Of a DNA stretch of 64,000 bases, positions 1 to 10,331 are shown in pieces (position 1 is the stretch's first letter; each line of letters opens with the position of its first letter). The position numbers and the translations under genes are program-made. Source of the stretch: Sedimentisphaerales bacterium (GTDB lineage: Bacteria; Planctomycetota; Phycisphaerae; Sedimentisphaerales; SM23-30); contig CAXXMR010000011.1 in the NCBI GenBank assembly GCA_963663805.2, positions 1-64,000 on the forward strand, in the 5' to 3' direction. Under the pieces are notes generated by a model, which did no database searches, was not told the DNA's origin, and saw only the letters and a program-made list of their open reading frames with translations.

Positions 1-857
1 GGATGGGTGTCAGTCCTCTGGCAATCGGTCTAACGGTAGTGGCTTACGGAACGAGCGCCCCGGAAATGACTGTAAGTATAAGCTCGTCGTGGGCTGGTGC
101 CGGGGATATTGCCGCGGCCAATGTGGTTGGTTCGAATATATTCAATGCAGCTTTTATTTTGGGCTTGACGGCCCTGATATGCCCGGTTGGCATTTCACTG
201 TCGGTGATTCGCAAAGATATGCCCGTAATGATTGGGGTTTCTCTGTTGGGCTGGTATTTTCTTGGGGATGGCAGGCTGGCCCGTCTCGAAGGCATTATAC
301 TATTTGCTCTTTCGGTGGCGTATTCCTGGCTGACCCTGCGTGCGGCAGACCGCGAAGGAAATCAACCTGAAACAGACTCGAAAAAAAGGGGCAAGCCGGG
401 ACTAATGATATTGTGGGTGATCCTGGGCCTGGCAGGTCTGGTGGCTGGTTCAAAACTTCTGGTGACAGGAGCGATTCGAATAGCTGAAACTCTGGGAATG
501 TCTCAGGCGGTAATCGGGCTTACGATCGTCAGTGTCGGGACCTCCCTGCCGGAACTGGCAACCTCAGTGGTCGCAGCCCTGAAACGAGAAGCTGACATTG
601 CCATCGGAAACGTTGTGGGGTCGAACATTTTTAATATTTTGGCAATCCTGGGAGCTACGGGCGTGGCCAAGCCATTTCAGGCCGCGGGCATCGGCAATCT
701 GGACTGGGCTATCATGCTCATAACCGCAATAGTGCTTTTACCCATGATGCGCAGCGGGTTCAAATTGAATCGCTGGGAAGGCGGGGTTTTGCTTCTGTTC
801 TATGTCGGCTACGTTTTATACCTGCTCCATCATAATATCAGCATGGCGTCTCCGTAG
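1..857 (+). CDS. Calcium/sodium antiporter (CaCA, YrbG-like); probably 5'-truncated by the window
   Basis: Two alpha repeats GTSAPE...NVVGSNIFN and GTSLPE...GNVVGSNIFN; many TM helices; 3' end overlaps queA by 28 nt. Confidence 0.93.
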   Translation, partial: MGVSPLAIGLTVVAYGTSAPEMTVSISSSWAGAGDIAAANVVGSNIFNAAFILGLTALICPVGISLSVIRKDMPVMIGVSLLGWYFLGDGRLARLEGIILFALSVAYSWLTLRAADREGNQPETDSKKRGKPGLMILWVILGLAGLVAGSKLLVTGAIRIAETLGMSQAVIGLTIVSVGTSLPELATSVVAALKREADIAIGNVVGSNIFNILAILGATGVAKPFQAAGIGNLDWAIMLITAIVLLPMMRSGFKLNRWEGGVLLLFYVGYVLYLLHHNISMASP

Positions 858-1897
858 CTGTAGAATCGATATTTTTGGGCTACGGCCTGCTGATAGGCGT
901 TGATTACCTTTTCTTTGCCAGCCAGGGCACAGACCATGGCCAAGAGAGTGGTCCGGGGCAGGTGGAAGTTGGTAATCATGCCGTCAATCACGTGGAACTG
1001 ACAGCCCGGCGTGATAAACAGGTTGGTCCAGTCGGCGTGTGGCCTGATCCGGCCATCGGAAAAAGGCAGGCTTTCGAGTGTTCTTACTGAGGTAGTACCA
1101 ACGGCAATAACTCGTTTTCCGGCAGCTTTGGTCTGGTTAATAACATCGGCGGCCTGTGAGCTGACCTCGTACCATTCGTGGTGCATCTGGTGGTCTTCGA
1201 GCTTATCGGCGGTAACCGGCTTGAAAGTACCCAGGCCGACATGGAGGGTTACGCGGGCAATCTGGACACCTTTAGACTCCAGCTGCTGGATAAGCTCAGG
1301 GGTGAAATGCAGGCCTGCGGTGGGAGCGGCAACCGAGCCGGGCGTATGGGCGTAAACGGTCTGGTAGCGGCTGAGGTCGTTTTTTTGGTGGTTGTCGCCG
1401 GCTTGACGTTTGATATAAGGGGGCAGGGGCATAATACCGAAACGTTCGAGAACGGCGAAACCGGGTTCGTTAAATAGCGGTTCGAGCAGATATTGCCCTT
1501 CCTGCCTACGCTCGATGACTTTTATCTGGGGCGGATTTTCGGGCAGTCCAACGCTGGTATCTGCGGTCGTGAAATCGAGTATCTCGTCGATTTTTACTCT
1601 GGCGGCGTTTTTGAGCAGGACCAGCCACCGGCTGTTGGGGGCCTCTTCGAGAAAAAGGCCTTCAATTCTGCCGCCGCTGGTGCGTCGCAGATAAAAACGG
1701 GCGGGGATTACCTTGCTTTGGTTGATGACCAGAGAATCGCCGGGCTGGAGATAATCGACAATGTCAGCGAAATGGCGATGCTCCAGAGTATTGGTTTGGC
1801 GAGCCAGGACCAGCAGGCGTGAACGGCTGCGGTCATTAAGGCCTTCCTGGGCGATAAGCTCGTGCGGCAGAATATAATCAAGTTCCTCAATTTTCAT
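830..1897 (-). CDS. queA: S-adenosylmethionine:tRNA ribosyltransferase-isomerase
   Basis: LPHELIAQ, SKVIPAR, PLPPYI, GSVAAPTAGLHFT, TLHVGLGTF, TNFHLP, YRFYSYGDAMLI. Confidence 0.98.
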   Translation of the reverse strand: MKIEELDYILPHELIAQEGLNDRSRSRLLVLARQTNTLEHRHFADIVDYLQPGDSLVINQSKVIPARFYLRRTSGGRIEGLFLEEAPNSRWLVLLKNAARVKIDEILDFTTADTSVGLPENPPQIKVIERRQEGQYLLEPLFNEPGFAVLERFGIMPLPPYIKRQAGDNHQKNDLSRYQTVYAHTPGSVAAPTAGLHFTPELIQQLESKGVQIARVTLHVGLGTFKPVTADKLEDHQMHHEWYEVSSQAADVINQTKAAGKRVIAVGTTSVRTLESLPFSDGRIRPHADWTNLFITPGCQFHVIDGMITNFHLPRTTLLAMVCALAGKEKVINAYQQAVAQKYRFYSYGDAMLIL

Positions 1898-2191
1898 AGT
1901 CAAAGATTATCAGACGTAACGGGGATGGCAAGTTTTTTTCATTATTCACGATATGGACGGCCCAAAACCACCTGTAAGATAGTACCAGAAATGTGGAAAG
2001 CCGCTTGGCAGTGCCATAATCGCAATCTAACTTAACAGCCCCCCCCTTCCGGCATAACCCCAGTGTATTAAATGCGATACAACAGATTTCGAGTGATTTG
2101 CCTAATATCAAAGTTTAACAAAGAGTCTGTCATATCGGGCCGATATTTGATATGGACGAAAAGCCAAAATGCCTATATGAAGGTGGAAACA

Positions 2192-2407
2192 ATGGTCGGA
2201 ACACTCGAAATGGATTATGACGTAGTGGTAAGCGAAGTGGGACGGATGAGCCGGGAAGACTTGGTGCAAAGCATCCAGGACTTCCGGGGACGTTTCAAGC
2301 TGGATTTTACGGAAGATTATCTGGAAAGACAGTCTGACGAAAATCTGAAGCACATTCTGCTGGCGGCGAAATTGCAGCAGTTGTTTGGGCCGGACGACCT
2401 CTGCTGA
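2192..2407 (+). CDS. Small hypothetical protein (about 71 aa)
   Basis: C-terminal part of ORF 2072..2407; AAGGTGG before ATG 2192; helical, protein-like sequence (FRGRFKLDFTEDYL...LKHILLAA); start uncertain. Confidence 0.65.
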   Translation: MVGTLEMDYDVVVSEVGRMSREDLVQSIQDFRGRFKLDFTEDYLERQSDENLKHILLAAKLQQLFGPDDLC

Positions 2408-2714
2408 GCGTCTGACAAAGGGGGATTATTCCTTAACTTCTTGAGCCGCCGAATCTTAGGTGGACGGTGCCCCCCTGCTCGTTTATTTATTATCCAATTT
2501 TATACGAAAAGTCCGCGCTTTATTTGCCCAGGGGTGATTTATATTTTAGTTTATAGTCGGCCCATGAAAGATTTTGTTTTTTGGCTTGAGGCCGTTAGGA
2601 ACATGTGTACTGGTTTGCCTGCTTTGATGTCGAGAGGGCCCTGCGAGGCTTGCTGACTGGTCGCCGGAATTTGATTCATCTGGTTTGTGTTCCGGGCTTA
2701 ATATATATAGCGTG

Positions 2715-3151
2715 TAGTCTCCTGGCGGAGATAAAAAATTTGGCCGAGTCTTTTTCTCGACGAAGACTCGCCGCAAACAAACGTCGCTGAAACAGCAGTC
2801 TGTGTTCGGCACGATGATATAGACAGGCTCGTTCCGGGTTTCTGAAAAGTTTTTTTCGGAAACACGGGCTCCCCCGGCTGGGGGATGAGCCTTATTTGAA
2901 AAGCAATGCGAGTTTTTTTGATGCTCGTGTTAATGATGCTTGGCTGGCAGGGCTTGGCCGTAACCTGTACTATCCGGTTAAGCCCGGCAAAAGCAACCGC
3001 CGAATATTGGCGTTATGATATGTCGCTCTCTGGTCGGGTTTTTATGCCTTTCCCCGGTCAGATTCATTCTTCCGGCTGAAGTTCTGGTTGGGAGTGAGTG
3101 ATATGAGCTTGGGCCCACTGTGCTCGACTGGAGCCAGGGGCCCGTTTTTTT
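2715..3151 (+). ncRNA. Candidate structured non-coding RNA (family unassigned; 5' end approximate)
   Basis: At least 7 consecutive stems, several with G-U pairs that work on the + strand; ends in a + strand intrinsic terminator; no convincing ORF of 60 aa or more. Confidence 0.4.
3111..3151 (+). terminator. Rho-independent terminator
   Basis: GGGCCC-CTG-GCTC...GAGC-CAG-GGGCCC hairpin followed by T7. Confidence 0.7.
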
Positions 3152-3163
3152 ATGCGCCGATTT

Positions 3164-4729
3164 TTATGGGTTAGGTAAGGTTATGGTGAACGTTGTGCCC
3201 TGGCCGGATTGGGAGACAAGAGTGATTTTGCCGTCCATTCGTTCAATAATACGTTTGACGATAGTCAGGCCGAGTCCTTCGCCGGGGCACAAAGCCTGGG
3301 GGCGGCTGCGATAAAACATTTCAAAAATTCTGTCGGTTTCACCTTCGGCGATGCCAATTCCGTTATCGCTGATATAATAAAAGACCTTACCGTCGCCTGC
3401 TTCGCCGCGAATTTCTATTCGACCGGTTTTTTCGGTATCGGCGTATTTGACGGCATTATCGAGCAGGTTGCTCATGACCCGGTTGAACTGGGCAGCATCG
3501 GCGCGACAGCGAGGCAAATCGCCAACCTTAACCTGAATGTTATTCTGCTGAATCTGATAGGTCATTGACTGGATAACCTGTTTGATTTGTTCATTGGCAT
3601 CAACGGTTTTGATATTTAGTTTGGCGGTGCCGGCCCGGGAGACCTGAAGCAACCCCGCGAGCAAAGCCTGCATTTTAATTACGCTGGTACGGATATAGTC
3701 CGAGGCTTCGGGGATGTCATGGTCGAGCAGATAATCCAGTTTTGATTTGGTTTTGGGGTCAACCTCCAGTTTTTTGAGAATTTCCCTAATATCACGGTTG
3801 GCATGAAAAAGCTCCTTGGTGAAGCCCTGTACATTTACCAGGGGGGCGCGTAAATCGTGGCTGGTGACATAAAGTACGCTTTGGAATTCCTGATTTTTCA
3901 GTTCCAGGGTTTTGAGGAGTTCTTCGCGTTCCTGTTCATGTTTACGACGGTCGCTGATGTCTCTGACAGAGACCAGCACAATCGGGCTTGGAGGCGTGGC
4001 GATAACGGTGGCGGTCAGGCTTACGGGGACTTTGGTGCCGTCCTTATGCAGGTAGTGTGTGTCCTCAACATTTGTGAAGCCGCCCGAAGTTTCAGACTCC
4101 TGCTGAAGCTCAAGAGCTCTGTGATATTCATCCTCCGGGTGAAGCTGGGTATGATGCTTACCGATTATTTCTTCGCGGACATATCCGAGGATTCGGCAGA
4201 TTTCCGGATTAGCATCGACAATCATGTCGGTTTTGGTATCGATAATAAAAATGCCATCTCCGGCATGTTCGAACAGGGCCCGGTATTTATGTTCGCTGTT
4301 TTCGATCTCCTGCAATGAGCGTTTTCGTTCGGTAATATCAAGAAAGATTGTCGCGAATTTACCGGGTTCGGGGCAATAAGCGGTGACTTCGTAATGGCGA
4401 TTTAGTTCCTGGCTGAAATTTTCGAAATGAGCCTCATATCCCGTCAGAGCAACCTTGCCATAAATCTCGATCCAGTAATCTTCAGTGTTAGGCATTATCT
4501 GGCGCACGGTTTTACCGATAATGTTCTGGCGTTTCAGGCCGGTAAGTTTTTCGAAGGCGGGATTGACCTCCAGGAAGCGGTAGTCACAGGGGTTGCCCTG
4601 GTCATCGCAGATTATCTCGTGGAGGGCCAGGCCGCTTAGCATCTCCTCAAAAAGCTGCTGATATCGCTTTCGGTTCGCGAAACATTCATCTTCGCAATGA
4701 ATCAATTCTCTTTCACGTATTTTTTTCAC
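3164..4729 (-). CDS. PAS/PAC sensor histidine kinase (orphan)
   Basis: Two PAS domains (DYRFLEVNPAFE; IVDANPEIC), H-box SHDLRAPL, NLLDNAVKY, DNGIGI, GEGLGL. Confidence 0.93.
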   Translation of the reverse strand: MKKIRERELIHCEDECFANRKRYQQLFEEMLSGLALHEIICDDQGNPCDYRFLEVNPAFEKLTGLKRQNIIGKTVRQIMPNTEDYWIEIYGKVALTGYEAHFENFSQELNRHYEVTAYCPEPGKFATIFLDITERKRSLQEIENSEHKYRALFEHAGDGIFIIDTKTDMIVDANPEICRILGYVREEIIGKHHTQLHPEDEYHRALELQQESETSGGFTNVEDTHYLHKDGTKVPVSLTATVIATPPSPIVLVSVRDISDRRKHEQEREELLKTLELKNQEFQSVLYVTSHDLRAPLVNVQGFTKELFHANRDIREILKKLEVDPKTKSKLDYLLDHDIPEASDYIRTSVIKMQALLAGLLQVSRAGTAKLNIKTVDANEQIKQVIQSMTYQIQQNNIQVKVGDLPRCRADAAQFNRVMSNLLDNAVKYADTEKTGRIEIRGEAGDGKVFYYISDNGIGIAEGETDRIFEMFYRSRPQALCPGEGLGLTIVKRIIERMDGKITLVSQSGQGTTFTITLPNP

Positions 4730-4857
4730 CTGGGCCTCAACCCCCGACCATTTGAACTATAATTTTTTACAAACATATAACTTTAATCGTTATGAAGTTA
4801 CCGGAATCGGATGTCTAATCTAAAAGACATTTTAAAAACTTAAGCCAGCTACGCTGG

Positions 4858-4963
4858 AAATTCTAAGCTCTAAATTCTAAACAAATTCTAAACTCAAAAT
4901 CTAAAACTCCAAACAACGTCAATGAAAAATATTTAGCCGCGGATTACACGGATTACGCGGATT
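4858..4963 (+). repeat. Degenerate heptamer array (AAATTCT-like) followed by three 9-mers (nCRCGGATT)
   Basis: AAATTCT AAGCTCT AAATTCT AAAC AAATTCT AAACTCA... at 4858-4914; CCGCGGATT ACACGGATT ACGCGGATT at 4937-4963. Confidence 0.7.
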
Positions 4964-5283
4964 TTTAATTAAGAGATAAGACATAAGTTATTTAACGGCA
5001 ATTAATTTTCTTTCGCCCCTTGGGGGCTTGTGGTTGTTTTTGTCATTTGTAAGAGATTAACTATCTCAGTCAGAACGGCAGGGGTATCCCTGCGAACAAC
5101 TGTCGGTAATTTACGGCATTGGCTATCTGAGGTCAAGGATTGATGGGACAGCCGCCACAAACTTAGGTACTTGCCAGAGTGGGGGCGTTAGGTTAGAGTT
5201 AGGCCTGACGGGTGGTCGGTTAAAACCCGTGCCCCCTATAACCCATTAGCAAATAAGATGTTAAAAAAACACAGGTAAACTTT

Positions 5284-5901
5284 ATGGAAAAGCTCGATTT
5301 CAAAAAAGAATATAAGGATTTATATACTGCCTCGGCGAGCAAACCTAAAATAATTAAAATCCCACCATTTAACTACCTTATGGTAGACGGTCGGGGTGAC
5401 CCGAACCACTCGGCGGCATTTCAACAGGCAATTGAGGCGTTGTACAGCGTTTCGTATACCGCTAAATTCATGCTGAAAGAAGCCCCCGAAACGCCGGACT
5501 ACGTGGTGCCCCCTTTGGAAGGCCTCTGGTGGGCCGAGGACATGGCCTCCTTTGAAAAACAACTCAAGGACCAGTGGCAGTGGACGTTGATGATAATGCA
5601 GCCCAAATGGTTTAATAAAAAGGTCTTTACCGACACGCTCAAAAAGGTTGAGTCCAAAAAAGAGGTTGTCGCGTTGGAGCAGCTGCGTCTGGAAAAGTTT
5701 TCGGAAGGGACCGCCGCTCAGATTATGCACCTGGGCCCTTATACTCAGGAAAAACCGACTATCGACCGGCTGTTTGTTTTTATCGATGAAAACGGTTATA
5801 AACTCGGCGGCAGGCATCATGAGATCTACCTGAGTGACCCGCGGCGGTGCAAACCGGAAAGACTGAAAACCATTATTCGTCATCCGATTAATAAAAAATA
5901 A
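5284..5901 (+). CDS. GyrI-like small-molecule-binding domain protein
   Basis: KLDFKKEYKDLY, GRGDPN, VVPPLEGLWW, WTLMIMQP, MHLGPY, HHEIYLSDPRR. Confidence 0.9.
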   Translation: MEKLDFKKEYKDLYTASASKPKIIKIPPFNYLMVDGRGDPNHSAAFQQAIEALYSVSYTAKFMLKEAPETPDYVVPPLEGLWWAEDMASFEKQLKDQWQWTLMIMQPKWFNKKVFTDTLKKVESKKEVVALEQLRLEKFSEGTAAQIMHLGPYTQEKPTIDRLFVFIDENGYKLGGRHHEIYLSDPRRCKPERLKTIIRHPINKK

Positions 5902-5918
5902 TTTCAAGGAGTTGTTCA

Positions 5919-6620
5919 ATGGCCCATAGCTCTCGCCATGAAGTAACATTTTATACTTATCCGAAGTTTCTTTTCTGCTGGCCTTTGATTGTGGTGGGTT
6001 TTGTTCTCTGGCTGCTCGACAGCCAGATGCAGGCGAACTCGGAGGTTCTGGCCTGGATATGGGGAATCACGCTGCTGGTAGTGCTGGTTACGGTAGGATT
6101 TGATTTAAATCGTAACCAGACGATATTCTGGGTGGTCCTGCTGGCGGGCGGCTGGGTAGCGATTTTGTGGCTTCGCGATGTTAAAAGCGTCACGATATTT
6201 TCGCGTATTTATCAGTTCTTCGCCGACCTGGACCCGCAATATTCCAGTTCGCTGGGCGTGATAATCAGTATCGTGCTTTCGGTGCTGTATGTCATCATGT
6301 GGGTATGGTCCCGCATAAACTCCAAATGGCGAATTACGCATAACGAGTTTGAACATTCGCAGTTCGGCAGAATGGATGATTCGCTGGCCCGTGGGGCTAA
6401 ACGGGTAAGCTCAAGCTACCCGGACTTTTTTGAGTTTTTGCTTTGTCTGGCTGGCGATTTGATTATTTACGATTCGATGGGCAGGCGTGAGCTGCGTCGC
6501 ATTCAGCACGTACCTTTTCTGCCCTTTGTCAGAGGCAAGATAGACCGTATCCTGGAAACCACCGCGGTTACGCCGGGCGAAATGGAAGATGAATCCGAAG
6601 ATGACCAGGGGCAGATATAA
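5919..6620 (+). CDS. Hypothetical membrane protein (about 4 TM)
   Basis: AGGAG RBS; four hydrophobic segments, soluble C-terminal domain, acidic tail. Confidence 0.8.
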   Translation: MAHSSRHEVTFYTYPKFLFCWPLIVVGFVLWLLDSQMQANSEVLAWIWGITLLVVLVTVGFDLNRNQTIFWVVLLAGGWVAILWLRDVKSVTIFSRIYQFFADLDPQYSSSLGVIISIVLSVLYVIMWVWSRINSKWRITHNEFEHSQFGRMDDSLARGAKRVSSSYPDFFEFLLCLAGDLIIYDSMGRRELRRIQHVPFLPFVRGKIDRILETTAVTPGEMEDESEDDQGQI

Positions 6621-6666
6621 ACCCAAACCAGGGCCTTGCCGGGCAAGAAGCAGCCACTCTTGAAGA

Positions 6667-6739
6667 AGGCAATAGGCATGAGGCATTTAAGAAGGGATGA
6701 GGCAAGAGGCAGAAGTAAACATAAGGCAAAGAGGCAAAA
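6667..6739 (+). repeat. Degenerate AGGCA(nn) short tandem repeats
   Basis: AGGCAAT AGGCATG AGGCATT ... AGGCAAG AGGCAGA ... AGGCAAAG AGGCAAAA. Confidence 0.6.
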
Positions 6740-6927
6740 GTGAACGGCGAGGTGCCTGCCCTTGGCAGGAGTTGTTTTTATGGACTGGTCCCATCACCTC
6801 TTGGTTTTGGTTTTTGGATGTTGGATACGTGACTTGGGCTTTTGTTGGTGATTTGGTTAAATATGATGGTTGGTGGTCGTGTAATAAAAAAAAATGTACC
6901 GGACACCTTCCTTTTTTATAAGGAAAA

Positions 6928-7740
6928 ATGATGCAGTATGACCATTTGTTGGAAGTAGCGGTTCGGGCCGCGAAAGAATCAGGTGCTTTAGCTCTGGAAA
7001 TGCTGGGCAAAACCACCGCCAGCCTTAAAAGTGCCACTCAGGTATTAACCGAAGCGGATATTAAATGTCAGGCCGGGATTATAGAAATTCTGTCGGGCGA
7101 ATTTGGCGATTATGGCATTCTGGCAGAAGAAGGGGCCGACGGCAATCTGTTCCGTCAGGAACCGCGCGGCGACCAGGACAACTGGTGGGTAATCGACCCG
7201 ATTGACGGGACACGTAATTTTGCTCACGGCCTTAATCAGTTCAGCGTTTCGATAGGTCTGATTTCTAACGGTATGCCGGTTTTAGGTGTGATTTACGTGC
7301 CGGCCAGCCAGGACGTTTACACGGCTTATCAGGGCGGCGTGACAAAATACAACGGGCTTGAAGTTTGCTGCGTCGAAGAAAATTTTGACTTGAACAGCCT
7401 TTTTGTTTTGCCCGGCCATTACGGCGACGGGCTGCCCGCGATAGTCCAAAGGTTATTCGAACGTCATTCATGCTTGAACCTGGGCAGTGCGGCTATGCAT
7501 TTGGCTTATGTCGCGTCGGGGCAGGTGCTGGGGACGTTTTCCTGGGATGTAAGATTATGGGACATAGCGGCTGGCGCGGCATTGCTCAACAGTGCTGGCG
7601 GAATTATTACCGGTCATGATGGCGAAGATGTTTTTCCGTTTGACTGCCGCAATTATAAGGGACATGCAATACCGACAGTTATCGGAGCTAAAAAAACTCA
7701 TGAGTATCTGAAAGGGATGTTGGGGCCCAAGCGAGCCTGA
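6928..7740 (+). CDS. Inositol monophosphatase family protein (SuhB-like)
   Basis: TEAD, ILAEE, WVIDPIDGTRNF, GSAA, WDIAAG. Confidence 0.93.
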   Translation: MMQYDHLLEVAVRAAKESGALALEMLGKTTASLKSATQVLTEADIKCQAGIIEILSGEFGDYGILAEEGADGNLFRQEPRGDQDNWWVIDPIDGTRNFAHGLNQFSVSIGLISNGMPVLGVIYVPASQDVYTAYQGGVTKYNGLEVCCVEENFDLNSLFVLPGHYGDGLPAIVQRLFERHSCLNLGSAAMHLAYVASGQVLGTFSWDVRLWDIAAGAALLNSAGGIITGHDGEDVFPFDCRNYKGHAIPTVIGAKKTHEYLKGMLGPKRA

Positions 7741-7823
7741 TCTCGAGGCGATTGACTTACCCGCCCCATAACGCCCGATAACTAAAATCTTTGGCAGCAT
7801 ATCAATATTTAGGCAATATTGAC

Positions 7824-7852
7824 TTGGCAGTTTTTTGGGGGATTGTTATAAT
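7824..7852 (+). promoter_or_regulatory. Sigma70-type promoter
   Basis: TTGGCA-17 nt-TATAAT with TG upstream of the -10. Confidence 0.6.
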
Positions 7853-7958
7853 GCAACAAGTCGAGCCCGGAACGTTTTCGGAATATATTGTCCCGCAGTG
7901 ACTTCCGGATGATTTGACAGTTTATGTGGACTTTGAAGCTCAGGGAAATTGAGAGTTT

Positions 7959-8507
7959 ATGGATATTCCAAGAATTGACCAGTGCCTGGATGAACTAACC
8001 TTTCATCTCTATAATCGGCCATTGCACCCAGAATTATTTAATATTTTTTCCTCACGTCAATTTTTTCAGGGTGATTACGAAGTAAATATCTGGATGGTCG
8101 GTTGCAGCCATGTGATAAGTGTGTTTCACGAAAAGGACTGCCTTACCGAGCTGATTTGTTCGCCGGAACAGATGCTGCCGGAGCGTGGGTTGCGGCGGAG
8201 TTTTCCTTTTCGCGGCGAGCGGGCCTACCGCTGTCGCTGGGGTAAAGGGTTCAGCTACCTGCTGAGTTTTCAGGTCGAGAACATGAGCCCCAACCTGTAT
8301 CTGCAAACCCATGCCGACCTGGTAGGGATGGCCAAAAAACGCGGCATAATGGTACCCTTCCCGCAACTAACCATCGGCGACCTGATGCCGTTCAGCTATC
8401 TGGACTATGAAGCCCATGTCCAGGAACTGCGAGTACATGCGTTCCACGCGTTCCCGGAAAGACATACGGTTATCAAAAGCCAGTCGCTTTTCAAATTTCG
8501 CGATTAG
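7959..8507 (+). CDS. DUF2617-like protein
   Basis: LYNRPLHPELF N-terminus and VHAFHAFPERHTVIKSQSLF C-terminus recalled as DUF2617-type motifs. Confidence 0.7.
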   Translation: MDIPRIDQCLDELTFHLYNRPLHPELFNIFSSRQFFQGDYEVNIWMVGCSHVISVFHEKDCLTELICSPEQMLPERGLRRSFPFRGERAYRCRWGKGFSYLLSFQVENMSPNLYLQTHADLVGMAKKRGIMVPFPQLTIGDLMPFSYLDYEAHVQELRVHAFHAFPERHTVIKSQSLFKFRD

Positions 8508-8624
8508 TAAGGGTCCACAGTATAGGGTCTATAAAAAGTAAAAACTGTGAACGGTTAGTAATCAATAAAAAAACCGGCTGCCATCATTCCATGACAACCG
8601 GCGTTTTTATGCGCGTATTACTGA

Positions 8625-10013
8625 TTAAATCAGATAATCATCGTTTAGCTTGCAGGTTTCCTGAATCTTATCCAGCAACTGCGTGTGGTCGGCGTGGCCC
8701 ATCAGGGCAAACGTCGCTATTTTACCCAGTTCAACCGCGGGCTGGTCATAGGTATTGATACCCATCAGCTCACCCATGTAACTGGTGGCGACCTCGAAGA
8801 AGTATATGAACTGGCCTACCGTATGAGCGGAGATTTCGGGGAACCGCACCGTCAATACCGGTCGCTGGGACTTAACCAGAGCGTATTCGGTCCCTAGTTT
8901 CTCGCTGTTAATCAGCTTGCTCATCTTCTGGCTGGAAAGATAGGAAAGCTCCTGAACCTCACCGGCATCACCAATGGCAACTTCCCTGCCGAACTGTTCG
9001 ACTTCCAGGAGAGTGAAAATTTTGTCGTTAGGTCCTTCACGATACAACTGCACCTGGCTATGCTGGTCGGTCGTGCCGAGTGCTTTAATCGGGGTAGGGC
9101 CGACATTTACCTTATTGCCTTCCAAATCGGTTTCCTTGCCCAGACTCTCGGCCCAAAGCTGACGGAACCAGTCGGAAAGGTCTTTTAGCTGATAACTGTA
9201 GGGCATCATCACCGAAAGCGGCTTGCCCTTGAGATAGAAACAATATTGAATCGCGGCATAGAGCGCCGCGGGATTTTTGAACAGGTCGTCAGTCTTGGCC
9301 CGCTGGTCCATCGCCTGAGCACCTGCCAGCAGCGAAGCAATGTCTATACCACACATCGCGGCACTAAACAGGCCCACATCACTTAGCACACTGAATCGAC
9401 CACCAACCCCGTCGGGTACTTCCAGCGAAGTATAACCTTCCTTGTCAACAACTTTACGCAGCGTACCCTGTTTGACATCGGTGGTCGCTACAATATGGTC
9501 GCGGAGTTTGTCGGCACCGAGTTTCTGCCGCAACATCTGGTCAACCACCAAAAACTGCGAAGCGGTCTCGGCAGTCTGGCCTGACTTACTTATAACATTA
9601 AAAAGGGTACGGTCAAGCTGGCCGTCGAGATATTCCAGCAGCGAACCGAACTGAACCGGGTCAACATTATCAATCACGAACAACCGCGGGCCGGGCCGAT
9701 TATCACTTAGATTATACATCGGGCTGTTCAGGGCGGTCTGCAAAGCGATATTGCCTAACGCTGACCCGCCAATGCCCATCACTACCATATTGTCAAATTT
9801 CCCCTTGAGAGAGTCGGCCAGGGCCTGAACTTTCTTACAGGCTTCGGTTTTATAGGGCAGGTCGCGGTAAGGCAGCCGCTGGGTATTCAGTTTGGCGGTA
9901 ATATCCTTAATGCGGCCACTCAGCTTGATAAGCTCGTCCCGGCTGACACCGTGAGCAGCAGTAACCACATCCGAAGTCGCGTTACGGTAATAAAGTTTAA
10001 TATCCTGGGCCAT
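8625..10013 (-). CDS. pgi: Glucose-6-phosphate isomerase
   Basis: GIGGSALG, VISKSGQTAET, VGGRFSVLS, QLWAESLGKE, DQHSQVQL, DQPAVELGK. Confidence 0.97.
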   Translation of the reverse strand: MAQDIKLYYRNATSDVVTAAHGVSRDELIKLSGRIKDITAKLNTQRLPYRDLPYKTEACKKVQALADSLKGKFDNMVVMGIGGSALGNIALQTALNSPMYNLSDNRPGPRLFVIDNVDPVQFGSLLEYLDGQLDRTLFNVISKSGQTAETASQFLVVDQMLRQKLGADKLRDHIVATTDVKQGTLRKVVDKEGYTSLEVPDGVGGRFSVLSDVGLFSAAMCGIDIASLLAGAQAMDQRAKTDDLFKNPAALYAAIQYCFYLKGKPLSVMMPYSYQLKDLSDWFRQLWAESLGKETDLEGNKVNVGPTPIKALGTTDQHSQVQLYREGPNDKIFTLLEVEQFGREVAIGDAGEVQELSYLSSQKMSKLINSEKLGTEYALVKSQRPVLTVRFPEISAHTVGQFIYFFEVATSYMGELMGINTYDQPAVELGKIATFALMGHADHTQLLDKIQETCKLNDDYLI

Positions 10014-10331
10014 AAGAGATTCCTTTCACTTGGGCAATAGTTCTAAAACAGTAACTGCCGTTAATTTAACCATATAACCGCCTTGAAGCAATGCCAAAAA
10101 CGCCATAAGCCCGCTATCTGGTCCGCCCAAACCTATCCCCCCCTGCCAACAAGCCAACCCGCAACAGAAATCATAAAAAACCGGTTTCCACTAAAAATTT
10201 CACTGTTGACGTATCTCTTTACATTGACAACAATTCTGAAAGCTGAAGGCCCCAGGTGCCGATAATATTTAACAGTAACCAATATGATTGAAACTGTTTT
10301 AATCAGCAACCGTAAGGACAAGGACCAGAAT

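Noticed and set aside
2005..2075. dif-like sequences (GCATAA...TTAAAT)
   Set aside because: Arm spacing and the XerD arm do not fit the 11-6-11 consensus
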